A stretch of 64,000 nucleotides of DNA from Candidatus Bathyarchaeota archaeon (GCA_963769425.1 CAVYLP010000004.1:96001-160000); one strand, 5' to 3'; positions 9,570 through 18,692 are shown, counted from the first letter of the stretch. The notes: generated by a model from the sequence alone, not told the origin. Translations and numbers: made by a program.

Positions 9570-11197
9570 GTGAAAGGCTTGTCGTACGATCTACTCATAA
9601 AAAACGGCAAGGTGATCGACGGCGCCGGGAACCCCTGGTACTGGGGCGACGTCGCTGTCGAAGGCGACCGGATCGCCGCCATAGGAAAACTACCCGACGC
9701 CAAGGCGCAGAGGGTCATCGATGCCAAGGGACTCGTCGTCGCACCCGGCTTCGTCGACGCCCACAGTCACAGCGACTTTAACACCCTCGTCTACCGCGAG
9801 ATGGAGAGCTCCGTCATGCAGGGCATCACGACTGTGGTCGCAGGCCAATGCGGCTCAACCGCAGCCCCCGTCGACCCCGCCCAGCGTGAGTCATTCGAGA
9901 AGCAGGTCAACGCCCAACTCCCATCCGGGGTCAAGATCAAGGTGACTTGGAGCACATTCGACGAGTACCTCAGGGAGGAGGAGAAGGCGGGTCTCGGCGC
10001 CAACGTCGCCCACATGGTCGGGCACGGCGCCATACGAGAGGCCGCGATGGGCCCAGACGCCCGCCCCCCGACCGCCAAGGAGCTGAAGAGGATGAAGGAA
10101 CTCTGCAGGGAGGCCATGCAGGCGGGCGCCTACGGTCTCAGCTCCGGCCTCATCTACCCACCCGGCATCTTCGCCAACACCCGCGAGCTCATTGAGGTCG
10201 CTAAGGTCGCTGCGGAGTACGGCGGTATCTACGACACACACATCAGAGGCGAAGGCCGAGCCCTCCTCAAATCGGTACGTGAGGCCATCAAGATAGGAGA
10301 GAAGGCCGGGCTCCCCGTCCAGATAAGCCACCACAAGGCCGCGAACAAGGCGGTCTGGGGGAAGAGCAGGACGACCTCAAGACTCATTGAGAAGGCTCGC
10401 GCAAAGGGGATAGATGTCACAGTCGACCAGTACCCCTATCGCGCCGGTGCAACAAGCCTAGTCACACTCCTACCCCCGTGGGCCCACGACGGCGGCATGG
10501 AGAAGCTCCTCGCCCGTCTGGCCGATCCCAAGCAGAGGGAGAAGATGAGGAGGACATCAAGGACGGCATCCCCGGTTGGGAGAACTTCGCCGGCGAAATC
10601 GGTTGGGAGAACGTCATGGTCTCCAGCATCAAGGGGGAGAAGAACCGCCGATACGAGGGGAAGACCATGGACGTTATCGCGAGGGAGATGAATGAGAAGG
10701 ACGTCTTCGACGCCCTCTGGAAGTTAATCCTCGCCGAGGAGGGGACTCCTGGAATGATAATATTCAGCATGGATGAGGGCGATATCAAACGCATCATGGC
10801 GAGTCCCTACCAGATGGTCGGAACCGACGCGAGCAGTGTCTGCACAATCGGCCCATTCGGCCTCGGTAAACCACATCCTCGTTACTATGGAACCTACCCG
10901 AGGGTCCTCGGAAAGTACGTTCGCGAGGAGGGGGTAATACGCCTCGAGGAGGCGATAAGGAAGATGACGAGTTTCCCCGCCCAGCGCTTCGGCATTCTGG
11001 ACCGTGGCCTCCTCCGACCAGGGATGCACGCCGACATCACAGTTCTCGACCCGGACAAGGTTATCGACAAGGCAACATTCGAGGACCCCCACCGATACCC
11101 TGAGGGCATCCCATACGTTGTCGTCAACGGTGTCGTAACCGTAGATGATGGGAAATTCAAGAAAACCCTGGCGGGGAAGACGCTGAGAAAACGCTAA
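9570..11197 (+). CDS. N-acyl-D-amino-acid deacylase (D-aminoacylase); 1-nt frameshift near 10550
   Basis: PGFVDAHSHSD, GQCG, THIRGE in ORF 9570-10691. HPRYYGTYPRVLG and GMHADI lie in the overlapping ORF ending at 11197. Confidence 0.9.
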
Positions 11198-11290
11198 CAC
11201 CCCCTAAAAAAAGTCCTAATAATCTATAAAATTCCACTAATTACTATATATGAATTAAAAACGAGTTGATTTAATAATAATTGGTCATTG

Positions 11291-12030
11291 GGCAGGTATC
11301 AGGGTTATTTGACGAGTATCATGCCCGATCTTGACCCCCACTATCGGGGAATGTGTTCCTTGTAGCGGGTATATTGTTCCTAGTAGCAGGAATTTAATTC
11401 CTAGCAGAAGGTACATCGTATTCCTAGTAGCAGGAAGTCACTTCCTGGTAGCTGGAATGTTCTTCTTCCTTGTAGCTGGTAGTTTCTTCCTATGTAGCTG
11501 GAATTCTCTTCCTTGTAGCTGGAATGTCCCTATTCCTTGTAGCAGGAAGTATCTTCCTTGTAGCTGGTATATTCTTCCTTGTAGCTGGTATTTTCTTCCA
11601 TGTAGCTAGGAATGGGATTCCTAGTAGCATGGTATAACGATTTTTCCGCGTCGCCGATTCCATGCAGCGGGTACATCGGGACCCATCACCCCGTTAGCCG
11701 ATCTCTCCCCAGTCCCATTCGTGGATGGTGTGGAGACTCTGTTCCTGGTACGGTGGTACATGTTCCGTGTAGGGTGGCACAAATTGTTCCTGCTAGGGTG
11801 GAACACGGAGCCTTCTGATCGGGGTGATGTGTTCCGGGTAGGTGGAACGTGTTCCGTGTAGGGTGGCGCAAATTGTTCCAGTAGGGTTGAACATGTTCCG
11901 GCTACGCCTGGATAACGTTTTTTCCACGCATCTATGCCAATTAGGAGGGTTACGTATTCTCCTTGACACGAACCGGGTTCCTAGTAGGGTGGAATCACAA
12001 AGCGCTCTGCAATGACCCTCGATACCTGCC
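11291..12030. repeat. Imperfect ~20-bp inverted repeat bracketing most of the motif array
   Basis: 11291-11309 GGCAGGTATC-AGGGTTATT versus the reverse complement of 12011-12030, GGCAGGTATCGAGGGTCATT (1 gap, 1 mismatch). Confidence 0.7.
11356..11673 (+). repeat. Phased tandem array, subfamily A: 14 copies of TTCC(T/A)(A/T)GTAGC(A/T)GG(A/T)A
   Basis: TTCC starts at 11356, 11377, 11398, 11421, 11442, 11466, 11487, 11509, 11533, 11554, 11575, 11596, 11618 and 11658. Spacing is mostly 21 bp (range 21-24; the last gap is 40). Confidence 0.95.
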
Positions 12031-12060
12031 ACTGGGAATCAGGTTCCTACTAGGGTGGTA
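11742..12060 (+). repeat. Array subfamily B: ~9 copies of GTTCC-NNNTAGGGT-GG(A/T/C)A
   Basis: TTCC at 11742, 11763, 11787, 11832, 11852, 11876, 11896 (degenerate), 11978 and 12044. Segments 11761-11790 and 11850-11879 are 29/30 identical. Confidence 0.9.
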
Positions 12061-12127
12061 TAGCACACTGGCTGGCTGGGCGTATGTGCCTCGCTGGTAG
12101 GAATAAGGAAAAACATCACTTTTTGCA

Positions 12128-12141
12128 CCTGCTACTAGGAA
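12128..12141 (-). repeat. Single inverted copy of the subfamily A motif
   Basis: CCTGCTACTAGGAA is the reverse complement of TTCCTAGTAGCAGG found at 11377 and 11421. Confidence 0.85.
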
Positions 12142-12347
12142 TCCCCTTTCTACTACGGATGTAAACCCTACCACTTAGTAACGAAAAAGAAAAAGAATCG
12201 TAGGGGGCTCCAAGTGGCAGGGATGATCTCCTTCATCCCATTCGAGGATCGTACTGGCTATGAAAAGATGTATTTTTTTAAAATGATCAGAAGGTTAAAT
12301 GAATATTTTAAGTGGACCAATCGTTATTATTATCGGCGTATCTATAC

Positions 12348-13867
12348 ATGTTTGCGCACGCGCGCTCAAAGAAATTATTTATACTAATCTTATTCTCCAC
12401 AACACTATTAGCTGGATTAATTGGATATTTTTATTCTCAGTATCAAAGTGACTCGGAAATTAGCAATGGAAAATACGAGTAAGACTTCAGCTAAGCCAGT
12501 TGATTGACAAAGAGGCTACGTTAAGTGAAACAAACCTCAATTTAACAAGGGCTTCAGCAAATCTTCTCCAGATTAACGATAGTCTAAATCTGGAAAATGA
12601 TGCGTTGAAGATGCGTTTGGAGGCATTAAGAGCTCAAGGAACACAACAGGCGAGTTGGGTACTATATTTGGAGGGAAATTCAACCCTCGCTAGGAACGTC
12701 CGTACAAACCAAGTGGAGTACACTGGTGAATCAGCTGACGCCCTGCAATACACAATTGGTCAAGGTGGGCTGACTTACCTAGTTAGCGGACGATACAATC
12801 TCTCACACAGTGTTATCTTAGCAAGTAATTCAGGGATCGTCGGGGATGGTCAAGGAACCCAGCTATTTCTAAACGACAATTCAAATCGGGATCTTCTTGT
12901 GATACCTTCAGGTTCCGTAAATTGCATAATTTCTAATCTATACTTGAACGGGAATAAAGCACATAATGAAGCCGGTTCCGGTATCGCAATATATGGTTAT
13001 AATTGGAGACCTATAATTCAGCATGTCACAATCAGGGACTGCGCTGATTACGGATTGATGACCACAGATGGCTCGGGTAACTACGTCTACGAGCCCATCT
13101 TTTTCGACATTGATGTAAGGAACTGCGGGCTCGATGGCTTGAACTTCGGTTTCTGCTCTGACGCATACGGCATGGACATCTACTCGGAAGGAAACGCCGG
13201 AGCGGGGATACAGCACTTCGACGTTGCTGGGACGTGGATACATGAGCACTCAACGTTCAACTTCGGGGAGTATGGCTTTGTGGTGAGCGGATCATCTACA
13301 GATCTGCGTTTCTTGGAGACGCACGTAGACAAGAATCAGCAAAATGGAATGCTGCTCGGTGGTAAGAGGAACACCCTATCCGGGGCGTTTATATTTAATA
13401 GTGGTCAGATGTCGCCCAATACCTATGACGGCTTAGTGATAGAAAATGCTACGGAATGTATTATATCTGGTTGCATAATCACGGATTACCAGACCAATAA
13501 AACGCAGAGACGAGGAGTCGTAGAAACTGGGGGCTCTGATTACAATATTATTCAGAGCAATGACCTGAGTGGAAACATTGAACAAAGCATAATCAAAGGA
13601 GTTCATGATAAAGTCGTTATTAATGGAGGATATGTTACTGAAAATCAGGGAGTTGCCCTAATTGTTGAGGGAACAAAGAGCATTAGGGTTCAGCATGGAT
13701 GTCAATACACACCCTCCCCCGGAGACGTTCATGTGACACCAGCATCCAATCTTTCAAACTGCACTCAGTTCTGGGTGTCCAATATCGACTCTACTGGTTT
13801 CACAATCAATCTTGATGGAAACTGCATGAGTCAGGTTGATTTCGCTTGGAGTGTAGACCGTCACTAA
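12348..13867 (+). CDS. Membrane-anchored right-handed parallel beta-helix (pectate-lyase/NosD-like) surface protein; frameshift near 12470
   Basis: 12348-12482 encodes MFAHARSKKLFILILFSTTLLAGLIGYFYSQ (signal or anchor). 12500-13867 encodes a coiled coil, then PbH1-like repeats (GIVGDGQGTQL, ISNLYLNGNK, GIAIYG) and a C-terminal beta domain. Confidence 0.75.
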
Positions 13868-13934
13868 TAACTAATTCATGCATGAGAAAAAGAGCGCTGA
13901 GAAAAAATTTCAAAAAAAAGGGAAAAAAATTGTT

Positions 13935-14400
13935 TTAGGTTCCAACAATGAGTTCGTCAGACTTGCAATGTCCCTCAAAGTATGGTACGGCCTTGTACGT
14001 TATCCTTGCATCTGCTTGTACGGTATCATATCCTGGAAATGCTCCCCCATAATTCACCAGAGTGAATCCGCCCCTAGGAGGCGTCACTGGGGACCCATCG
14101 CACCAACTAGCGACAGCGTTTTGAGTATTTGCTGACGCACTTGGTCTTAAGTTCGGTAGCAAAACAACGTCGGGGGAACCATGTTCATGATCGATGGTTG
14201 TCTTGCCATCTATCGTTTTGACTGATTGAAGGTGTACCGTGACCTCTTCGAGTCTATAGAATCCGGTCATGTTATGAACAGTAACAACGTATAGGGCACG
14301 TTCGTCGTAATTCCATAAGGGTCCGGAGTAGGTATATCGCAGGATGACTTTAGCCGTTCTCGATCTTGGCCCTTGGCTACTCCCATCTCGCAGTCGAATT
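13935..14400 (-). CDS. Hypothetical protein, probably 5'-extended or frameshifted
   Basis: The frame of ORF 13935-14270 stays open upstream (RDWEIRLRDGSSQGPRSRTAKVILRYTYSGPLWNYDERALYVVTVHNMTG...). No family recognised. Confidence 0.4.
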
Positions 14401-14795
14401 TCCCAATCGCGTTAAAGTATACCTCAACATTCGCAGTACCGGAGCTTTTCGGGTTAAATGTCTGTTTAGGCGGAATGTTTTGGAGGTTATCCCCAGATAC
14501 TGTTGGGATGATTATGTATCAATTATAGTAGAAAATGATATTTCAACAGAAAGTTTAATGCTATTATTACTTACGGAATAAACAATAGGCTGAATCTAAC
14601 AATATTTTTTGATGTATTCTTCCAGATGATGCTCATTGAGTAAGTATTGGCTTGGCTGATTCTGCCAGGAGGATCACGTACAAAGGTTACTGTTATTGGA
14701 GCAGCTTCTTCAGGTGGGGAATTTACCTTTGATGGCTAACATAGATCTGTAGGTCGTTCGAGAATATTGGTGCCTGGTCCTTAAGGATCATTCTA

Positions 14796-15212
14796 TTAGC
14801 TCAAGATAGACAACCGGTTCAACTGCTGCAGGTCTTGTTGTATAGTAAAAAAGATTGGATGAACTCTGCCTCGTTTAAGAAGCGTCGGGGTATTATGCAG
14901 AGGTTTTGAATATATGCTGGCATATATACCCGCTATTACCCCAGCTACAATTAGACAGAAACCTACAACTGCAACAGCACTACTTAAAATGAAACTCTCC
15001 TGGGCCTGAAGCCGTGTCTGTGCAACATATTCGTCCAATGAAGAGGAATCAATTAGCAGTAAATACTTAAAAATATCCGTATCTTTTTGCGCTTTTTTAA
15101 TTTCGTCAAAGTATTGTTTTCTTTCATCTTTCGCACTTGTTACCAGAGCTAAAAGGGCTTCTCTGGTTTTAGCACCACCCGCTAGCGAACTTAGGAAATC
15201 TTTTATCCCCAT
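14796..15212 (-). CDS. Two-TM membrane protein resembling the TRADD-N-associated membrane domain (3' part frameshifted)
   Basis: EYVAQTRLQAQESFILSSAVAVVGFCLIVAGVI, followed across frames by AEFI...LYNKT/LQQLNRLS. Confidence 0.55.
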   Translation of the reverse strand: MGIKDFLSSLAGGAKTREALLALVTSAKDERKQYFDEIKKAQKDTDIFKYLLLIDSSSLDEYVAQTRLQAQESFILSSAVAVVGFCLIVAGVIAGIYASIYSKPLHNTPTLLKRGRVHPIFFTIQQDLQQLNRLSILS

Positions 15213-15384
15213 TTCTATACGGCATCTCCTTGAGACTCATGAAGTTACCTTTGATTATCACTATATTAAATATTGCATAACGCGCGTAAATGCAGTATTA
15301 TCCGTTTGTTTTTCGTGGAGTCACATTACCTCACCCTCGCCCCGCCCCCATCTCACATATTCACCAAATTACGAATTTATCTAG

Positions 15385-16281
15385 TTGACCAGCAATTCTA
15401 GAGTCATTGGAGGATTGGGCATTATGAGTTTCACATGGTCATTCAAAGCGTTCGCTCATTACATAGTTAATCCACCTACAATGCAGTCTGGATGTGACAT
15501 TAGCCTTACATTGATCAATAATGTTGATGTCTTCCATCTCACCAAACAACGTATTGGTTCACAGACGGAATACGCTATAGTCGTATCTAACCCGACGAAA
15601 TTGGGTGTGAATAACAGTGAGCAAACGACAATAAACAGAGTGTCACAAGACTTGATCCTGGCATGCGGTTTAATCTTACGACGTAGTGCTCTTTCAATCT
15701 TCAGGTCTGATACAAGCAAACCTGACGTCGTCATGATACCGATTCCTGCTAAAACTATCGTGAAGGACACCCCAACAGGCAAGAGCATTGAGATTCATGA
15801 GACAGTGACCATGAGAGAAGAAGTCTACGTGACGGTAGGCACGAAGGAGGAACTAGATGAGTCCGAAGTGGTAAAACTGGTAATGCAATTGAATAAGCTT
15901 CAGAGGTTCAACCTAGATAGTGGTTATAGTTTACGGAAAGCCAATCTAATTAACGCTCTACACGAATATGAAGCGGCGATGGCGTCGTTTGATCGTCTTA
16001 TGATCTTCAAGCATTTGTACAATGTGCTAGAGATCGTTACCAACATAGACGGTATTGACAGAGAAAGAAGTGTACTCGATACACAAATGGCTTTAATTAC
16101 AGGGGTGCCACAGAGCCAGTGCGAAGAGTGGAGAAGTCTATACAATCGAACAAAGCATATATATCGTAATACTGCCGACGTTGCAACCTTTGTCACTAGA
16201 ATTGAGAAAGTGACCGATTATATCCCGGTTGCCAGAACAGCAGCAGGAAATGAACTGACCAAATTATTAATTTCAATTTGA
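15385..16281 (+). CDS. Hypothetical protein with C-terminal HEPN-like (ApeA/MauJ-like) helical domain
   Basis: AT-rich ORF with ALHEYEAAM...FKHLYNVLE...WRSLYNRTKH, resembling HEPN E...Rx4-6H architecture. Confidence 0.5.
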   Translation: MTSNSRVIGGLGIMSFTWSFKAFAHYIVNPPTMQSGCDISLTLINNVDVFHLTKQRIGSQTEYAIVVSNPTKLGVNNSEQTTINRVSQDLILACGLILRRSALSIFRSDTSKPDVVMIPIPAKTIVKDTPTGKSIEIHETVTMREEVYVTVGTKEELDESEVVKLVMQLNKLQRFNLDSGYSLRKANLINALHEYEAAMASFDRLMIFKHLYNVLEIVTNIDGIDRERSVLDTQMALITGVPQSQCEEWRSLYNRTKHIYRNTADVATFVTRIEKVTDYIPVARTAAGNELTKLLISI

Positions 16282-16440
16282 ATTTCGGCATAGCTATATA
16301 ACCATTATATAATATTATGTGGCTGTCAACAGACGACAATATATAAAAAAGGAATTGCGATTATATTATACGAACGTACTAAAATACGAAAGGGAATAAA
16401 GTAGGCCGAAAATGGGGGCGTATATAGAAAAAAATTTCGG

Positions 16441-17505
16441 TTATTTTATGTGCACATAGAAGTTTATCTTATATACTTCCTCATGTGCTTTCATGTGCTT
16501 CGGCGTCGCGTGGGGAACCGGCAGGTCGATCATCGTCTTGAAGCCGGGCTCCGCGTTGATCACGAGCGGGATCATGTTCGCAGTGATGGCGATCGTAGCG
16601 TAGTCACCGTGCGTGCATGGGCTGATCTTCTCGTTGATCGGCGGCACACCCTTGATGGTGACGCTGTCGAACTCCTCAGGGGCACCGATGTACGCCTTGA
16701 AGTCCATGGTGATCATCTTCTTGCCTTTGACGATGCCGTAGGCCATCTGCATCGAGCCCGCGTTGTAGCCCTTCGGCACCTTGATCGCCTCGCTCGCTGC
16801 ATCCTTCTTGAGAACGACAGGCTCGGGGGTCTCCACCTTGATCTCATCCAGTTCCCAGCCCAGCGCGTCCGCGATCATCTGGATGCTCTGCTCTAGACCA
16901 ACGTGGCCGGTGATCTCGTGGCTCGCGATCTTCTTCTTGAATTCGTCGACCGTGAGGCCTGCACCTATCTTCGTCTGGAAGGGTATGCGGCGTGTCGCTG
17001 CATCCATCTGGCGTGCGATGTAGATGTCGTCGACCTTCTGGCAGACGGCGGTGAGGAACGTTGGGAGGGTGTCCATTACGAAGCCTGGGTTGACCCCGGT
17101 GCCGAGGATGGTTGCCTTTCCCTTCTTCGCCACCTTGTCCAGCTTTTCTGCGTACTTCTTGCCCTCGGGTGTCGCGTAGGGGTAGCTCAGCTCCTCGCAC
17201 GTTGAGACGACATTCACGCCGTGCTTGAGGATACCCTCAAACTGGGTGTAGGTCTGCTTCAGGTAGCTCATCGTCGTGTGTGTGACGATGTCGGGTTTGG
17301 TCGCCTCGAGGACGGCGTCGACGTCGTCGCTGATCTTGACGCCGAGCTTTTTCCTCCCCATGACCTCTCCGAGGTCCTTGCCCACTATCTTGGGGTTGAT
17401 GTCGATTGCGCCGACGATTTCCACACCCTCTTTCTCGAGGAGGTGGGTCACCAGCTTTTGACCGATTACGCCTATGCCGTATGAGACGACCTTGACGTTC
17501 TCCAA
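16441..17505 (-). CDS. 2,4-diaminopentanoate dehydrogenase / native amine dehydrogenase family (DapB-like Rossmann fold)
   Basis: YGIGVIG, GVNVVSTCEELSYP, LGTGVNPGFVMD, KIGAG, GHVGL. Confidence 0.8.
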   Translation of the reverse strand: MENVKVVSYGIGVIGQKLVTHLLEKEGVEIVGAIDINPKIVGKDLGEVMGRKKLGVKISDDVDAVLEATKPDIVTHTTMSYLKQTYTQFEGILKHGVNVVSTCEELSYPYATPEGKKYAEKLDKVAKKGKATILGTGVNPGFVMDTLPTFLTAVCQKVDDIYIARQMDAATRRIPFQTKIGAGLTVDEFKKKIASHEITGHVGLEQSIQMIADALGWELDEIKVETPEPVVLKKDAASEAIKVPKGYNAGSMQMAYGIVKGKKMITMDFKAYIGAPEEFDSVTIKGVPPINEKISPCTHGDYATIAITANMIPLVINAEPGFKTMIDLPVPHATPKHMKAHEEVYKINFYVHIK

Positions 17506-17545
17506 GTTGGATCAGGATAGAAGGAATGGGTCAACGTTATAGCCC

Positions 17546-18682
17546 TTACGCGTTGTCGGGGGTCGGTTCCTCAGAGTGAGTGGAGACAGGCTGAGCCTCT
17601 GAATCCTTACTTACGTCTGGTGTTGCGGGTGCAACCGATTTGGGCTCCTCTTTCGGCTGCTCAGGTGGTGCACCTCTTATTTTCCTCATCAAGGAGTCGA
17701 AGGGCTCCCACCCTTTTCGCTTCGCATAAAGGACAACGACGAAGATGACGACACCAGGTAATAGGGATCTTAGAACGGAGTTGAAGACGACGTCGAATGC
17801 TGGTTGCTCTTGCATTAAGAACCAGTTGATTGGTACCGTGCTTCCGGTAGTGACCCACCACGAGCTAGGGGTAATGTTAGTTGTCCACCATGTTATGTCG
17901 CATGCGATGGGTACCATGATAAGGACGAGGTGGTAGAGCCACACCATTACTCCCGTGTCGTCATCGTGGAATGCGAGGGGGACCAAAAGGCAGCCCACGT
18001 ACCATACGGCAATCGCGAGGTTGTCAAGGATGAGATGTGCACTACCTGAATCGTTCTGGGTTTTACTGGGGATGAACCAGTAGCTAGCCACAATCACCAC
18101 GGCAACGAGCAGGGGGGCTAAGGATAGGGGAGGGAATCGCCCAACTGCGGGTCTCTTCGCAGCTAGGATGTAATCTATGAAGAACGCTAGCGCCATGAAC
18201 CCTATTACTAAACCGAATCCCCTGAGTGTCTTTATGAAGAGACTGAAGTAACCGATTATCGGAATGTGCCCGACCACCTTGCCCATAACGTTCGAGGCGG
18301 ATACTGGTGTCCCATCGGCAGAGAAGTTGTTGTCCCCCTTTGTCACGTAGCTGATGACGCCATTCGAGTCGATTCTCCTGATTGCCCGATGCACTATGTA
18401 CTCATCCGTTGTCCCCGGTTTCAGGAAGACGATAATCTCTCCCTCTGGAGGTGAAGCGGCCGTAATCTGGTTTGTGTCCGGTATCTTCGCGACGATGATG
18501 TAGTCGCCAACGCCCAAGGTCGGGACCATACTCTGGCTTACGACCACCATCATCGGGTATTCTGTCCCGAGGGCTCCCCTGAGAATGTATGTGCCGCCGA
18601 AGAAAGCAAGTATCAACACAGCAAAGGCGACACCGTATTTTATGATGTCCTTAACCTTGGGGTCCAACTTAGATAGCCCCAA
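17546..18682 (-). CDS. Signal peptidase I (S26, Sec11/SipW type) with a long multi-TM C-terminal extension
   Basis: VVVSQSMVPTLGVGD (Ser), IVHRA (His), TKGDNN...D. About 200 further residues, mostly hydrophobic. Confidence 0.85.
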   Translation of the reverse strand: MGLSKLDPKVKDIIKYGVAFAVLILAFFGGTYILRGALGTEYPMMVVVSQSMVPTLGVGDYIIVAKIPDTNQITAASPPEGEIIVFLKPGTTDEYIVHRAIRRIDSNGVISYVTKGDNNFSADGTPVSASNVMGKVVGHIPIIGYFSLFIKTLRGFGLVIGFMALAFFIDYILAAKRPAVGRFPPLSLAPLLVAVVIVASYWFIPSKTQNDSGSAHLILDNLAIAVWYVGCLLVPLAFHDDDTGVMVWLYHLVLIMVPIACDITWWTTNITPSSWWVTTGSTVPINWFLMQEQPAFDVVFNSVLRSLLPGVVIFVVVLYAKRKGWEPFDSLMRKIRGAPPEQPKEEPKSVAPATPDVSKDSEAQPVSTHSEEPTPDNA

Positions 18683-18692
18683 TGGGGGCTTG

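Noticed and set aside
11331-12032. Short ORFs across the array (LPCSW, FLVAG and HPTRN repeats)
   Set aside because: These are by-products of a 21-bp period. Spacings of 20, 22 and 23 bp break the frame on both strands. This is not fully excluded given the indel rate.
11356-12060. CRISPR or TIGR-type guide array
   Set aside because: Units are only 21-24 bp with 5-8 bp low-complexity linkers and degenerate repeats. There are no unique spacers and no cas or Nop-domain gene in the window.
11356-12141. Canonical archaeal ORB origin
   Set aside because: The core is TTCC-N8/9-GGWA rather than TTCCAGTGGAA, there is no ORB-type G-string, and no cdc6/orc1 gene is nearby. Kept only as a non-canonical possibility.
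15270-15298. Imperfect palindrome ATATTGCATAACGCGCGTAAATGCAGTAT as an attC or Xer site
   Set aside because: The arms are misregistered, there is no RYYYAAC...GTTRRRY pair and no integron integrase. It is more likely a promoter or operator.
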